A stretch of 32,000 nt of DNA, from contig NZ_PQWO01000017.1 in the NCBI RefSeq assembly GCF_003231495.1, forward strand, positions 60,001-92,000. The letters run 5' to 3'. A program made the translations under genes and the position numbers. The notes below the pieces were generated by a model, which did not search any database, was not told the DNA's origin, and saw only the letters and a list, made by a program, of their open reading frames with translations. Source of the DNA: Acaryochloris thomasi RCC1774 (GTDB taxonomy: Bacteria > Cyanobacteriota > Cyanobacteriia > Thermosynechococcales > Thermosynechococcaceae). Shown here one piece after another: positions 7,867 through 17,805 of the stretch; position 1 is the first letter of the stretch; each line of letters opens with the position of its first letter.

Positions 7867-8580
7867 GTGACGCAAAGGTCCGCAAAGACGATAGTTTACT
7901 GGCCAGACAACTGCGCAAAAGCAGTTGTCGTTCTCATACACGGTCTCATTCGTTCGGCAAGATCGCTCAAGCAACTGAGAAAACGCTTGCTCAAACAGGG
8001 CTTTGCCGTCATTGGTCTCAACTATCCCTCTCGGTCAGCGAATATTGTCCAACTCGCTGAAGACGGAATACCCAAAGCTCTGCAGGCGGCGGCTGAGATT
8101 GGTGAACACCTACCCGTTCATTTCGTAACGCACTCTATGGGCGCTATCTTGCTGCGCGCTTATCTAAAAGAACATCCTGAATTCAGTTTTGGTCGTGCGG
8201 TTATGTTGGGGCCTCCGAATAAAGGTAGCGAAGTCGTCGATAAACTCAAAGGGGTTCCGGGATTTCGTCTCATCAACGGACCGGCAGGTTTTGAACTGAG
8301 TACCGGCCAAGATAGCACGCCTAAAAATCTGGGTCCTGTAACGGGTTGTGTTGGCGTTATTGCCGGAGTTAAGCCCATCAACCCACTGCTCTCACGACTA
8401 TTGCCCAAGCCCAACGATGGCAAGGTCTCGCTGGCTAGCACCAAAGTTGAAGGGATGACGGATTTTCTCGTCGTTAATGCTTCCCATACCTTGATGGTGG
8501 ATAAAAGAGAGGTCATTGATCAAACCCTCACCTTTCTTCAGCAAGGACAGTTTGACCACAGTGCTCAACGCACTTCGTAA
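7867..8580 (+). CDS. Alpha/beta-fold hydrolase (esterase/lipase-like)
   Basis: GTG start. It has VVVLIHGL (oxyanion region), the nucleophile elbow VTHSMGA, and a late NASHTLM His block. The size of 237 aa is typical. Confidence 0.65.
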   Translation: MTQRSAKTIVYWPDNCAKAVVVLIHGLIRSARSLKQLRKRLLKQGFAVIGLNYPSRSANIVQLAEDGIPKALQAAAEIGEHLPVHFVTHSMGAILLRAYLKEHPEFSFGRAVMLGPPNKGSEVVDKLKGVPGFRLINGPAGFELSTGQDSTPKNLGPVTGCVGVIAGVKPINPLLSRLLPKPNDGKVSLASTKVEGMTDFLVVNASHTLMVDKREVIDQTLTFLQQGQFDHSAQRTS

Positions 8581-8606
8581 TGCAGCGCTAGAAATGCTTT
8601 AAGGCT

Positions 8607-9149
8607 ATGGATAAAGTCGTGATCGTTGAATATAATCTCCAGTGGCCTGTATTGTTTACGCAGGAAGCTGCAACCATCTCCAATGCTTTAGATGACACGT
8701 TAGTGAAGCGCATTGAACATTTTGGGAGTACTGCAGTTCCTGGATTAGCAGCAAAACCAATTGTTGATTTGCTCGTCGAGGTACGTTCCCTAACCGAGGC
8801 TCAGGAATCAGTAATACAGCCACTTGCCGCCTTGGGCTATGCCTATTGGTCAGATAACCCTGATCCAGAGCGAATGTTTTTTGTGAAAGGTTTACCGCCG
8901 AATGGTCCTCGGACCCACCACATACATATGGTGGAAGCGGATAGTGTGCTTTGGGAGCGCCTGACTTTTCGAGACTATCTCCGCAGTCATCCGGCAGAAG
9001 CGGAGCAATACTTGCAGTTGAAAAGTCAGTTGGCAGCTCAGTTTTCAACAGATCGTGAAGCCTATACTGCCGGTAAGACGGCTTTTATTCAATCCATGAC
9101 GCAGATCGCTAAGCAATGGAAAGCTAGCTCGATGACGGTAGACGCTTAG
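8607..9149 (+). CDS. GrpB (UPF0157) family nucleotidyltransferase-fold protein
   Basis: VVIVEYNLQWPVLFTQEA...IEHFGSTAVPGLAAKPIVDLLVEV...HHIHMV is the characteristic GrpB domain pattern. AAGG lies upstream of the ATG. Confidence 0.75.
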   Translation: MDKVVIVEYNLQWPVLFTQEAATISNALDDTLVKRIEHFGSTAVPGLAAKPIVDLLVEVRSLTEAQESVIQPLAALGYAYWSDNPDPERMFFVKGLPPNGPRTHHIHMVEADSVLWERLTFRDYLRSHPAEAEQYLQLKSQLAAQFSTDREAYTAGKTAFIQSMTQIAKQWKASSMTVDA

Positions 9150-9609
9150 TGTAGATGCGATCGCATCTCACTGTCTCCACGCCAGTCTCCGCTTTGTAAC
9201 CACTGGTCTCATACAACTGCACCGCTTCCACCAACACGGAAGCGGTCTCCACCCAAATTTGCCGAAAGCCTTGTTCTGAAATTCTAGATTCTAGCGATCG
9301 CAACAAAAATCGCCCCAGTCCGCCCCCCCTCACCTGGGGCTGCAGATACATTTTACGAATCTCCACCGCCTGCTCTCCTCGCGGAACGGGGTAGTAGGCC
9401 GCTGTGCCGACCACGGCACCCTGATGCTCCACAACCCAAAATTCACCTAGCCGATAGTGCTTTTCGACTTCAACGACGTCTATATCCGCACCATCGGGTT
9501 CCCAGCCCAGCCCATATTCAGTCAAGACAGTGCGGATGACCTCAGAAGCAGGGATGCGATCTGTCGTCTGCCAATCTCGAATTACAAAGTCCTTGAAAGT
9601 CTGCAGCAT
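9124..9609 (-). CDS. GNAT family N-acetyltransferase
   Basis: Acetyl-CoA motif A in IRKMYLQPQVRGGGLGRFLL. The track start is TTG 9612. ATG 9609 overlaps the miaE stop as TGATG. The 3' end overlaps the convergent GrpB gene by 26 nt. Confidence 0.8.
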   Translation of the reverse strand: MLQTFKDFVIRDWQTTDRIPASEVIRTVLTEYGLGWEPDGADIDVVEVEKHYRLGEFWVVEHQGAVVGTAAYYPVPRGEQAVEIRKMYLQPQVRGGGLGRFLLRSLESRISEQGFRQIWVETASVLVEAVQLYETSGYKAETGVETVRCDRIYTKRLPSSS

Positions 9610-10211
9610 CAACTATGGACGCGGGGATGCGGGTGCAGCTCAGAGAGCAAATTACTTTCAAACTCAGCCAGTTCTGCTAAGCGCTGATTCACCACATCCG
9701 TTTCAAAATAGGTCGTGGCTAAAACCCAGTATGCACCGTAGTGACGGGCCTCTGAGGCCATCAGCCCCCGATAAAATGCGGCCAGCTCCGAATCTTCAAT
9801 GTGGTCTGCCAGTAGCCCCAAGCGTTCGTGGCTTCGGGCTTCAATCAAGCCTGAGACCAGCAGCATATCTAACAAGCGCTCGGGTTCTTGACGGCGGACT
9901 TGGGAGCTGAGCTGAGAGCCATAGGGTGGTGCGCCCAGGGGGCTAAAGGGAATCTCTCGCTTATCAAGCCACTGGTTGACCTGCTCAAAATGAGCCAGCT
10001 CTTCTTGGGCTATGGCTGTTAAGGTCCGCACCAGCTTGTTGTAAGAGGGATAGCGGAACATCATGTTCAGCGCGACTCCGGCTGCTTTGCGTTCGCAGTG
10101 AGAGTGATCGAGGAGGATGGTGTCTAGATTTGCGATCGCAAGCTCAACCCAAGCCTTAGAGGTAGGCTGCTTGAGAAACTTAATTGTGGGCGTTGGAGAG
10201 GTGGCAACCAT
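9609..10211 (-). CDS. miaE: tRNA-(ms2io6A37) hydroxylase MiaE (ferritin-like diiron enzyme)
   Basis: LLDHSHCERKAAG, QEELAHF, LIEARSHERLGLLA and LMASEARHY match the MiaE diiron ligand blocks as I recall them from Salmonella MiaE (EELHHF, IEARSCERF, LRSEARHY). The track start is TTG 10226. I prefer ATG 10211. Confidence 0.8.
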   Translation of the reverse strand: MVATSPTPTIKFLKQPTSKAWVELAIANLDTILLDHSHCERKAAGVALNMMFRYPSYNKLVRTLTAIAQEELAHFEQVNQWLDKREIPFSPLGAPPYGSQLSSQVRRQEPERLLDMLLVSGLIEARSHERLGLLADHIEDSELAAFYRGLMASEARHYGAYWVLATTYFETDVVNQRLAELAEFESNLLSELHPHPRVHS

Positions 10212-10405
10212 AAAACAAAAAAGCAAAGTCTGTCTTTATGGTGCGGTGGTCATGGAATTTTGTCGAGGTGCAGTGCTAAAGGGAAACCCCTAACAAATTG
10301 CTAGGGGCAGTATGGCTTATCAACTAACTCAGGATGCCCATTGTCAAAGGGCTGTAACCCTTACAAGCTGGGATTTCAGTATAATTGCTCGATTTTTCTA
10401 CCGTG

Positions 10406-10427
10406 GAGATTTGCGATCGCAAATCTC
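10406..10427. repeat. 22-bp perfect palindrome centred on a HIP1 site, between ruvC and miaE
   Basis: GAGATTTGCGATCGCAAATCTC equals its own reverse complement. It lies 33 nt downstream of the ruvC stop. No U-tract follows on the minus strand, so I do not call it a canonical terminator. Confidence 0.9.
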
Positions 10428-10459
10428 TCATCTATTGCCAATCGTAGAAACACGGAGGT

Positions 10460-10939
10460 CTATCGCTGAAACCAAGCCGTCAGGGCCAGGGCCAGCGCAT
10501 CGGCAGCATCATCAGGCCGCGGAATCTTGTCTAGCTTCAGTTCCCGAGCCACGGCTGCCTGAACATCATGCTTATCAGCATTCCCGTGGCCGGTGAGCGC
10601 CTGCTTCACCTGAGCGGGTGTGAACTCAACATAGGGCACCTGGCACTGCGCCAGCACCAGCAACACAACGCCCCGCGCCTGGGCGACCAAAATGGTGTTC
10701 GCCATCTTATAGAAAAACAGCTTTTCGATAGCGACTAAATCAGGCTGGGCTTCTTTCAGAACGCAATGCAGATCGTCATAGATGGTCTGTAGACGCAGAC
10801 TGACTTCCACGCCAGCTTTGGTCTGAATAATACCAAAATCCAAAAGGGTAAAATCTGTCCCTGACTCAGGCAAACTCAGGCTACCAAACCCGAGTGAGGC
10901 CAGTCCTGGATCGAGTCCTAGAATCCTCTGATTCACCAC
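10460..10939 (-). CDS. ruvC: Crossover junction endodeoxyribonuclease RuvC
   Basis: [15 protein letters not shown] (catalytic Asp block), [13 protein letters not shown], and [11 protein letters not shown]...[10 protein letters not shown]. The 159-aa product is typical. GTG start. Confidence 0.9.
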   Translation of the reverse strand: MVNQRILGLDPGLASLGFGSLSLPESGTDFTLLDFGIIQTKAGVEVSLRLQTIYDDLHCVLKEAQPDLVAIEKLFFYKMANTILVAQARGVVLLVLAQCQVPYVEFTPAQVKQALTGHGNADKHDVQAAVARELKLDKIPRPDDAADALALALTAWFQR

Positions 10940-11132
10940 GGTAGCAAGACTAAGATCAAAGAGAAGCTGATGTTCATTAACTTGGTAATCGGTAATCCCT
11001 ACCTTGGTTTGCTGGCTCGCCTCCTGGCGCTTGCCTGAGGTTCTTTATAATGGACTTAGGACTAGCTCTTAACTGAGAGTCCGAGCTACGCTGTATATTA
11101 CTTCAAAGTCCACAGACGCTGGAAGAACTGCC

Positions 11133-11723
11133 TTGGTTAGCCTGTTTAATCTTTCCACATCGCTGCCTAGCATGGGTGTATTTGGACCTTTGTTAGCGCT
11201 TGATGGCCTACTTTCGACCCAGGGCGTGATGGTCATGCTGCTGGTGGCCTATGCCGGTGCGATGTGGATGTTTTTATCCAGCGCTCCGAAGGTGCATACG
11301 CTAATGGTGTCGGACTTGGAGGTTGCGCGCCAGTTTTTTGAAAATGAGCTGCAGTTGCGAACAGCAGATGTACCGCTGCACTATTACTACAACTACGAGC
11401 AAACGCTAGGACTATCGGCTGTAGATCCCATTTATATGTCGGCGGTGGATCTGGGTACCCCTGCGAGCAAAAGCTTTAGCGGCAATGAAGGGCTGTGGTT
11501 TCAGCTTAAGAAAAATGTCCAGCTCCACGTGATTACGGGGGCAAGTATTGGCGAGAAAGATCGGCAGCGCCACGTTTGCTTTGATCACGATTGCTTAGAG
11601 AAAATTTTGGTGCGAGTGCAGACTCGCTACGTGAAATATAAGCTCCGCAGCGAAATGCCGCTCAATTTCCTGGTCAAAACTCTGGACGGCAGCGTCATTG
11701 AATTTTCTGAGGTCTCTGCATAG
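11133..11723 (+). CDS. Membrane-anchored VOC (glyoxalase/bleomycin-resistance fold)-like protein, function unknown
   Basis: Hydrophobic N-terminus (GVFGPLLALDGLL, VMVMLLVAYAGAMWMFL). Then HTLMVSDLEVARQFFENELQL and HVCFDHDCLEKILVRV resemble VOC beta-alpha-beta-beta-beta modules. The start is uncertain (TTG 11133 or ATG 11172). Confidence 0.4.
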   Translation: MVSLFNLSTSLPSMGVFGPLLALDGLLSTQGVMVMLLVAYAGAMWMFLSSAPKVHTLMVSDLEVARQFFENELQLRTADVPLHYYYNYEQTLGLSAVDPIYMSAVDLGTPASKSFSGNEGLWFQLKKNVQLHVITGASIGEKDRQRHVCFDHDCLEKILVRVQTRYVKYKLRSEMPLNFLVKTLDGSVIEFSEVSA

Positions 11724-11760
11724 TACAGATCACTTCAAGACTTCAAGTATAGAAGACAGC

Positions 11761-11784
11761 AAAAAGCCCCCCAACTGGAGGGCC
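11761..11784 (-). terminator. Rho-independent terminator of tkt
   Basis: The minus strand reads GCCCTCC-AGTT-GGGGGGC followed by TTTTT, a 7-bp stem with one G-U pair. It lies about 20 nt after the tkt stop (11807-11809). On the plus strand the trailing tract is only CCTTTC. Confidence 0.75.
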
Positions 11785-11806
11785 CTTTCAAGTTTGCGGT
11801 GGGCAA

Positions 11807-13813
11807 TTAGCCCAGTACTTCCTTCGCTTTCGCGACAACGTTTTCTACAGTGAAGCCATACTTCTCCATGACCAGACCACCAGGGGCAGAGGCACCAAAG
11901 CCATCCACGCCAATGGAAGCTCCTTCAGAACCAACATAGCGGCTCCAGCCGAAGTCACAGCCAGCCTCTACAGAAAGACGCTTCTTAACGGCTTTAGGCA
12001 GCACAGACTCTTTATAGGCGTCATCCTGTTCGTCATATAGCTCCCAGGAAGGCATCGAGACGACCCGAACCTTCTTACCTTCACCGCGTAGCTGGTCAGC
12101 TGCTTTTGTGCAGAGCTGTACTTCACTGCCGGTTCCGATCAAGATTAAGTCTGGCGTACCGTCGCTGTCGGACAGGACATAGGCTCCCTTGGTGACCCCT
12201 TCGATAGAGGAATTATCGTAATCAGGCAGTCCCTGACGGGAAAGAGCGATTAGAGTGGGGCGCTTACGGTTTGCGATCGCAACCTGATAGGCCCCAGAAG
12301 TCTCCGTTCCTTCAGCAGGACGCATCACAATTAGATTTGGAATCACCCGCAGCGACGCAATGGTTTCCACCGGCTGGTGCGTCGGACCATCTTCACCCAA
12401 ACCAATGGAGTCGTGGGTCATGACGTAAATTACGCCCGCCTCAGACAGTGCCGAAAGGCGAATCGCCGCCCGCATATAGTCAGCAAAGACCAAGAACGTT
12501 GCACAATAGGGAATCAAGCCCGAGTTGTGGAGCACAATCCCGTTACAGATCGCTCCCATACCGTGTTCCCGCACACCAAACCGGAGGTTGCGATTACCGT
12601 AGGTACCCTTCTGGAAATTCCCCTCACCCTTAATTTCAGTCAAATTAGAGTGGGTTAGGTCAGCAGAGCCGCCCAGCATTTCAGGGATGACACCCGCCAA
12701 AGCATTGATTGTGATCTCGGAGTGCTTCCGCGTTGCCAGGGTCTTATCTGCACTGGTATAGGTCGGTAGTGCCGCTTCCCAGTTTGCGGGCAGCTCACCC
12801 TTTTGCATCCGATCAAAGAGCGCCGCTTCCTCAGGATACTGAGTGCGGTAGGTCGCTAACGTCTCATTCCACTCCGCCTCAGCGCTGGCACCGCGATCAA
12901 CCGCCTTACGAAAATGAGAGAGAACGTCATCAGGAATCACAAACGGCTCATGCTCCCAGCCTAAATTCTCACGGGTAAGCTTGATCTCCTCATCACCTAA
13001 GGCTGCACCGTGAATCCCGGCGGAATCAGACTTATTAGGAGAGCCATATCCAATCGTGGTGGTCACCTTAATCATGGACGGACGATCGGTGACGGCCTTT
13101 GCGGCCTCAATTGCTTTCTGAATCGCGTCTAAATCAGTATTGCCGTTCTCGACATGCTGCACGTGCCACCCATAGGCTTCGAAACGCTTGCTGACATCTT
13201 CCGTGAATGAGATATCTGTAGAGCCGTCAATAGAGATGTGATTGTCGTCGTAGAGTGCAATCAGCTTACCAAGACCCAAGTGTCCCGCTAAAGAGCAGGC
13301 TTCACCCGAAACCCCCTCCATGTTGCAGCCATCGCCCAAGATAACGTAGGTGTAGTGATCGACGAGTGTTGCATCAGGCTTGTTCAATCGACCCGCTAAA
13401 TGAGCCTCCGCCATCGCTAGACCAACGCCGTTACAGATGCCCTGCCCCAAAGGTCCGGTCGTGACCTCTACTCCGGGTGTCTCAAAATTCTCAGGGTGCC
13501 CCGGTGTTCTTGACCCCCATTGCCGAAAGCTCTTAATGTCGTCGATGGTGACGCTGTCATAGCCTGACAAATGCAGAAGGGCGTACTGCAGCATGCAGCC
13601 GTGGCCCGCAGAGAGAACGAAGCGATCGCGGTTAAACCACTGTGGATTTTTGGGATTAAACCGCATGATCTTATCCCACAGCACAAAGGCCATCGGTGCT
13701 GCCCCCATTGGTAACCCCGGGTGACCCGACTTCGCCTTCTCGACCGCATCAATGGCTAAAAAGCGAATGGAATTAATGCACAGTTGATCTAAAGATTGGG
13801 TGGCAACAACCAT
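11807..13813 (-). CDS. tkt: Transketolase
   Basis: 668 aa with the full-length transketolase pattern: [17 protein letters not shown], the ThDP motif [13 protein letters not shown] and [16 protein letters not shown]. Confidence 0.97.
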   Translation of the reverse strand: MVVATQSLDQLCINSIRFLAIDAVEKAKSGHPGLPMGAAPMAFVLWDKIMRFNPKNPQWFNRDRFVLSAGHGCMLQYALLHLSGYDSVTIDDIKSFRQWGSRTPGHPENFETPGVEVTTGPLGQGICNGVGLAMAEAHLAGRLNKPDATLVDHYTYVILGDGCNMEGVSGEACSLAGHLGLGKLIALYDDNHISIDGSTDISFTEDVSKRFEAYGWHVQHVENGNTDLDAIQKAIEAAKAVTDRPSMIKVTTTIGYGSPNKSDSAGIHGAALGDEEIKLTRENLGWEHEPFVIPDDVLSHFRKAVDRGASAEAEWNETLATYRTQYPEEAALFDRMQKGELPANWEAALPTYTSADKTLATRKHSEITINALAGVIPEMLGGSADLTHSNLTEIKGEGNFQKGTYGNRNLRFGVREHGMGAICNGIVLHNSGLIPYCATFLVFADYMRAAIRLSALSEAGVIYVMTHDSIGLGEDGPTHQPVETIASLRVIPNLIVMRPAEGTETSGAYQVAIANRKRPTLIALSRQGLPDYDNSSIEGVTKGAYVLSDSDGTPDLILIGTGSEVQLCTKAADQLRGEGKKVRVVSMPSWELYDEQDDAYKESVLPKAVKKRLSVEAGCDFGWSRYVGSEGASIGVDGFGASAPGGLVMEKYGFTVENVVAKAKEVLG

Positions 13814-13977
13814 AATTTTGTAGGTTCTATGTACTGAACAGCAAAGGAAAGAAGGGAGAAATCAGCCGATTAATTTTTATTATCACCTTAATAAACCCAG
13901 CCTATCAAAGCATCGAGGGTTTAAGGCACTGCTTATTCAAAGCAGGTCAGCAGAGATCGCGCTAGCACCGCCAAGCT

Positions 13978-15231
13978 TCAACCAATGTACTTTCGGAAGG
14001 CTAAGGTGACATTATGACCGCCAAATCCAAAGGAATTTGAAAGGGCAACATTAACGGCAAGTGCTCGGCTTTGATTGGGGATGTAATCGAGGTCACAGCC
14101 CTCGTCTGGATTCTCAAGGTTAATAGTAGGCGGCACGTGATCGGTATGAATTGCCATTAGAGTAGCAACGGCTTCAATACCACCAGAACCACCCAGCAGA
14201 TGCCCCGTCATCGATTTCGTTGAGCTAATGGCCGCCTTGTAGGCGTTATCGCCTAGGGCTCGCTTGATGGCGGCAGTCTCCGTCGTATCGTTGGCTGAGG
14301 TACTGGTGCCGTGGGCGTTGATATAGGTAATTTCATCTGGCCCGAGGCCGGCATCTTTAAGACATCCTTCAATGGCTCGTGTTGCGCCCTCACCACCAGG
14401 GGTCGGGGAGGTCATGTGGTAGGCATCGCAGGTATTTCCGTAGCCTATTATCTCACCATAGATCTTGGCGCCTCGACTGAGGGCATGTTCCAGCTCTTCC
14501 AAAATTAAGATCCCCGTTCCTTCACCGAGCACAAAGCCGTCTCGGTCTTTGTCGAAGGGGCGACTCGCTCTTTGGGGTTCGTCATTTCGGGTGGACAGGG
14601 CACGGGCTGAGGCAAAACCCGCCACCGACAGCGGCGTCACGGCAGCTTCAGTCCCACCGCAAATCATAGCTTTGGCATAGCCCATCTGCACGTAGCGCAT
14701 CGCATCGCCGATGGCGTTAGAGCCAGCGGCACAGGCTGTCACCGCACAGGAATTAGGACCCTTAGCTCCCGTATGAATTGCCGTTAGGCCAGCAGCCATG
14801 TTAGCAATCATCATCGGAATCATGAACGGGCTACAGCGGCTTGGCCCACGGGTCAGATAAATTTCTTGCTGATCTTCAAGAACCTGCAAGCCCCCAATGC
14901 CGGTGCCAATCATGACGCCAATATCGGTGGCGTTAGTGTCGTCGATTTTGAGCTGCGAATCTTCTAGCGCCTGCTTGCTTGCGGCCACGGCAAACTGAGC
15001 AAACCGATCCATCCGCTTCGCTTCTTTGCGATCCATATAGGCTTCAGGATCAAATCCCTCCACCTGGGCGGCAATCTGGCAGGCATGTTTACTAGCATCG
15101 AAGGCTGTGATCGGTCCAACACCGCTTCGCCCCGCGAGGAGTGAGTCCCAATACTCCTGGAGCGTATTCCCGATCGGGGTAATTGCACTGAGTCCAGTGA
15201 CAACAACGCGTTTTCGATTTAGGTCAGTCAT
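13978..15231 (-). CDS. fabF: 3-oxoacyl-ACP synthase II
   Basis: The active-site Cys is in NSCAVTACAAGSN, the His residues are in CDAYHMTSP and INAHGTSTSAND, and the C-terminal block is SNSFGFGGHN. The track start is 15282. I prefer ATG 15231 (MTDLNRKRVVVTG). Confidence 0.95.
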   Translation of the reverse strand: MTDLNRKRVVVTGLSAITPIGNTLQEYWDSLLAGRSGVGPITAFDASKHACQIAAQVEGFDPEAYMDRKEAKRMDRFAQFAVAASKQALEDSQLKIDDTNATDIGVMIGTGIGGLQVLEDQQEIYLTRGPSRCSPFMIPMMIANMAAGLTAIHTGAKGPNSCAVTACAAGSNAIGDAMRYVQMGYAKAMICGGTEAAVTPLSVAGFASARALSTRNDEPQRASRPFDKDRDGFVLGEGTGILILEELEHALSRGAKIYGEIIGYGNTCDAYHMTSPTPGGEGATRAIEGCLKDAGLGPDEITYINAHGTSTSANDTTETAAIKRALGDNAYKAAISSTKSMTGHLLGGSGGIEAVATLMAIHTDHVPPTINLENPDEGCDLDYIPNQSRALAVNVALSNSFGFGGHNVTLAFRKYIG

Positions 15232-15300
15232 GATGTCAGGTTGCGGGCAACATCGAAAGTTGGGGAGGGGCGCTGCGGCCAAACGGCCGCAGCAATGAGC

Positions 15301-15543
15301 TTAGGCAGCTTTCTTGTCAATATATTCCACTGCTTTTTGAACGGTGGTGATCGCTTCGGCGTCTTCGTCTGGAATCTCAATATCAAACTCTTCTTCTAAA
15401 GCCATGACCATCTCAACTACGTCCAGAGAGTCAGCATTGAGATCGTTTTGGAAGCTGGCATCGGGGACAACTTGCGCTGCGTCAACACTGAGTTGCTCGG
15501 CAACAATAGACTTGACTTTCTCAAACGTACCTGAATCGCTCAT
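15301..15543 (-). CDS. acpP: Acyl carrier protein of fatty-acid synthesis
   Basis: [26 protein letters not shown] carries the DSLD phosphopantetheine site. The gene sits immediately upstream of fabF. The track start is 15570. I prefer ATG 15543 ([11 protein letters not shown]). Confidence 0.95.
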   Translation of the reverse strand: MSDSGTFEKVKSIVAEQLSVDAAQVVPDASFQNDLNADSLDVVEMVMALEEEFDIEIPDEDAEAITTVQKAVEYIDKKAA

Positions 15544-15724
15544 AGGTTCTCTTTCTCTAGAAATACTCACAGGATAAATGGTTTGATCCCCAAGCTAGGG
15601 TCAACGATCACATGCTTTTCTAGGAACTGGACAATCTTATTGCTACCTGATCCCAATATCCATGAGCGTTGAACCACAGTAACGCCTGTTAGGATTCAAG
15701 CCATTCTTTACAGTGTAATCTGAA

Positions 15725-16669
15725 ATGGTCCCTGTGAAATCTCTATCACCTGAAGTCCCTATGACGGTTATTCCTGCTCTCCGATATGCTTACTTTCCAG
15801 GCTGTGTGGCGCAAGGGGCCTGTCGTGAGCTTAATATGGCCACTCAGGCCATTGCCCAGACCCTCGGCATTGAGCTGATCGAACTCAAGAAGGCGGCCTG
15901 CTGCGGTTCAGGAACATTCAAAGAAGAGTCTCAGCTTTTAGAAGATACGGTCAATGCCCGCAACATTGCCCTGGCAGAGCAACTGAAGCTACCTCTGCTC
16001 ACCCACTGCAGTACCTGTCAAGGCGTAATCGGTCATGTTGATGATCGATTAAAGGCAGCAAAGGCTGACGATCCGGCCTACTTTGATCAGGTCAATGGTC
16101 TTCTACAGGAGCAGAAATGCTCACCCTATCAGGGCAGCACGGAGGTCAAGCATATACTGTGGGCGTTAGTCGGGGACTACGGCTTAGAGATGATCACGCA
16201 GCAGGTGAAGCGGAAGCTCTCGGGCCTCAGATGTGCTGCTTTCTATGGCTGTTATCTTTTGCGTGCCCAGTCTTCTTTGCCTTTCGATAACCCAGTGAAT
16301 CCCAGTTCAATGGAGAATTTATTTGCGGCACTGGGGGCCACGCCGGTCTATTATTCTGGGCGCACGCAGTGCTGTGGCTGGCCTTTATCGAGCTATGCCA
16401 CTGAGGCTTCTTTTAAGATGGCAGGGAATCGATTGGAAGATGCGATCGCATCTCAAGCAGACTGCATCGTCACGCCTTGTCCTCTGTGCCATCTCAACCT
16501 AGACTCCCGCCAACCTGAAGTCGAAAAGGCAACGGGCAAAACCTTAGGTCTGCCCATCCTGCATCTCCCTCAGCTTGTGGGCCTCGCTCTCGGTATTGAA
16601 CCCTCGAAGCTAGGGCTAGAGCGTCATGTTGTCAAAACTCAGGCACTTCTCCGAAAGCTAGGATTTTGA
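15725..16669 (+). CDS. Cysteine-rich CCG-domain iron-sulfur protein (HdrB/GlpC/SdhE-like subunit)
   Basis: Two CCG modules: FPGCVAQGAC...ACCGSG, and FYGCYLL...QCCGWP...PCPLCHLNLD. The similarity to type-E succinate:quinone oxidoreductase or heterodisulfide-reductase B subunits is an inference. Confidence 0.7.
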   Translation: MVPVKSLSPEVPMTVIPALRYAYFPGCVAQGACRELNMATQAIAQTLGIELIELKKAACCGSGTFKEESQLLEDTVNARNIALAEQLKLPLLTHCSTCQGVIGHVDDRLKAAKADDPAYFDQVNGLLQEQKCSPYQGSTEVKHILWALVGDYGLEMITQQVKRKLSGLRCAAFYGCYLLRAQSSLPFDNPVNPSSMENLFAALGATPVYYSGRTQCCGWPLSSYATEASFKMAGNRLEDAIASQADCIVTPCPLCHLNLDSRQPEVEKATGKTLGLPILHLPQLVGLALGIEPSKLGLERHVVKTQALLRKLGF

Positions 16670-16710
16670 GCCCTTACCCCCGGCTGGAGAACCTAGAACC
16701 CAATCTACAT

Positions 16711-17703
16711 TTACCTAAACATGCTGCTCACAGAGCTGTCTTCATGAACGCGCCAAATCGTTTCTCCTAAAAGGCTAGCAACAGACAGCACCCGCAGTTG
16801 CGGAAAGTGACGCTCTGGCGGTACTGGAATGGTGTTGGTAACAATAACCTCTTCAAACACACTGTCTACCATCCGTTGGGTCGCAGGGGGTGAAAAGACA
16901 GCATGGGTCGCACAGGCATAAACCTGCCGTGCCCCTTCCTCACGCAGCAAACGAGCTGCCTCAGTGATCGTACCGCCAGTATCAATCATGTCATCAACCA
17001 GCACAGCCGTTTTGCCTGCGACATCTCCGACCACGTTCATAACTTCAGCAACATTGTGGGCCTGACGGCGTTTATCAATGATCGCCAGGGGCGCATCATC
17101 CAGCTTTTTGGCAAAGGCCCGTGCCCGCGCCACCCCACCCACATCAGGAGAAACGACGACCAAATCCGGCAGTTCTTTCTGAGCCAGATAGTCAATCAGA
17201 ACCGGTGAACCATAAACGTGGTCAACAGGAATATCGAAATAACCCTGAATCTGAGCCGAGTGTAGATCCATTGACAGAATGCGGCTTGCTCCGGCCTGAG
17301 TAATTAGATTCGCCACCAGCTTGGCCGTAATGGACTCTCGCCCTGCCGTTTTGCGGTCGGCCCGCGAATAGCCATAGTAAGGAATAACCGCTGTAATCTG
17401 TCGAGCCGAAGCGCGTCGACAGGCATCAATCATGATCAGCAGCTCCATCAGGTGATCATTGACCGGACGGCAGGTGGGCTGCATCAAATAAACATCACAG
17501 CCTCGAATGGATTCTTGAATCTGAACGTAGAGTTCACCATCAGCGAACTGCTTACGCACCATGGGCCCAAGATCAACACTCAGATAGCGCGCAACCTCCT
17601 GGGCAAGCTGAATATTTGCAGAACCAGAAAAAAGCTTAAGACGATTATTCTCAGCAACCAACGGTAACGGAGATTGCAAGGCCAGTGTTGCAGAAGAGAT
17701 CAC
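16711..17703 (-). CDS. prs: Ribose-phosphate pyrophosphokinase
   Basis: LKLFSGSANIQLAQEVA, YYGYSRADRK, and the PRPP-binding loop LVDDMIDTGGT. GTG start. Confidence 0.95.
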   Translation of the reverse strand: MISSATLALQSPLPLVAENNRLKLFSGSANIQLAQEVARYLSVDLGPMVRKQFADGELYVQIQESIRGCDVYLMQPTCRPVNDHLMELLIMIDACRRASARQITAVIPYYGYSRADRKTAGRESITAKLVANLITQAGASRILSMDLHSAQIQGYFDIPVDHVYGSPVLIDYLAQKELPDLVVVSPDVGGVARARAFAKKLDDAPLAIIDKRRQAHNVAEVMNVVGDVAGKTAVLVDDMIDTGGTITEAARLLREEGARQVYACATHAVFSPPATQRMVDSVFEEVIVTNTIPVPPERHFPQLRVLSVASLLGETIWRVHEDSSVSSMFR

Positions 17704-17805
17704 GACAGGTTCCTAAAGCGCATCCTTGGAGATTTTAGCATCCTCGATTTACCTTCAGAACGCCGATTTTCACAAGGCTCTCACAGCCAAAATTTCAGAT
17801 GCAGA

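Noticed and set aside
10312-10596. 94-aa plus-strand ORF spanning the ruvC-miaE spacer
   Set aside because: Its 3' half is antisense to ruvC. It runs through the HIP1 palindrome, and its composition (R/H/P/S-rich) looks non-coding.
12377-13752. Four track ORFs (61-94 aa) inside the transketolase gene on either strand
   Set aside because: They lie entirely within a 668-aa ORF of unambiguous identity. Their products are Arg/Pro/Ser/His-rich and low-complexity, as is typical of off-frame reading of GC-moderate coding DNA.
13820-13834. NtcA-like site upstream of tkt (GTA-GGTTCTAT-GTAC)
   Set aside because: It reads GTA-N8-GTA or GTA-N9-TAC. The NtcA consensus requires GTA-N8-TAC.
14311-15298. 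Short ORFs within or antisense to fabF, and the 17-codon N-terminal extension of the fabF track ORF
   Set aside because: fabF is unambiguous, and the conserved N-terminus starts at MTDLNRKRVVVTG (ATG 15231). The same logic removes N-terminal track extensions of acpP, ftsZ, desC, miaE, the TetR-like gene and the dehydrogenase.
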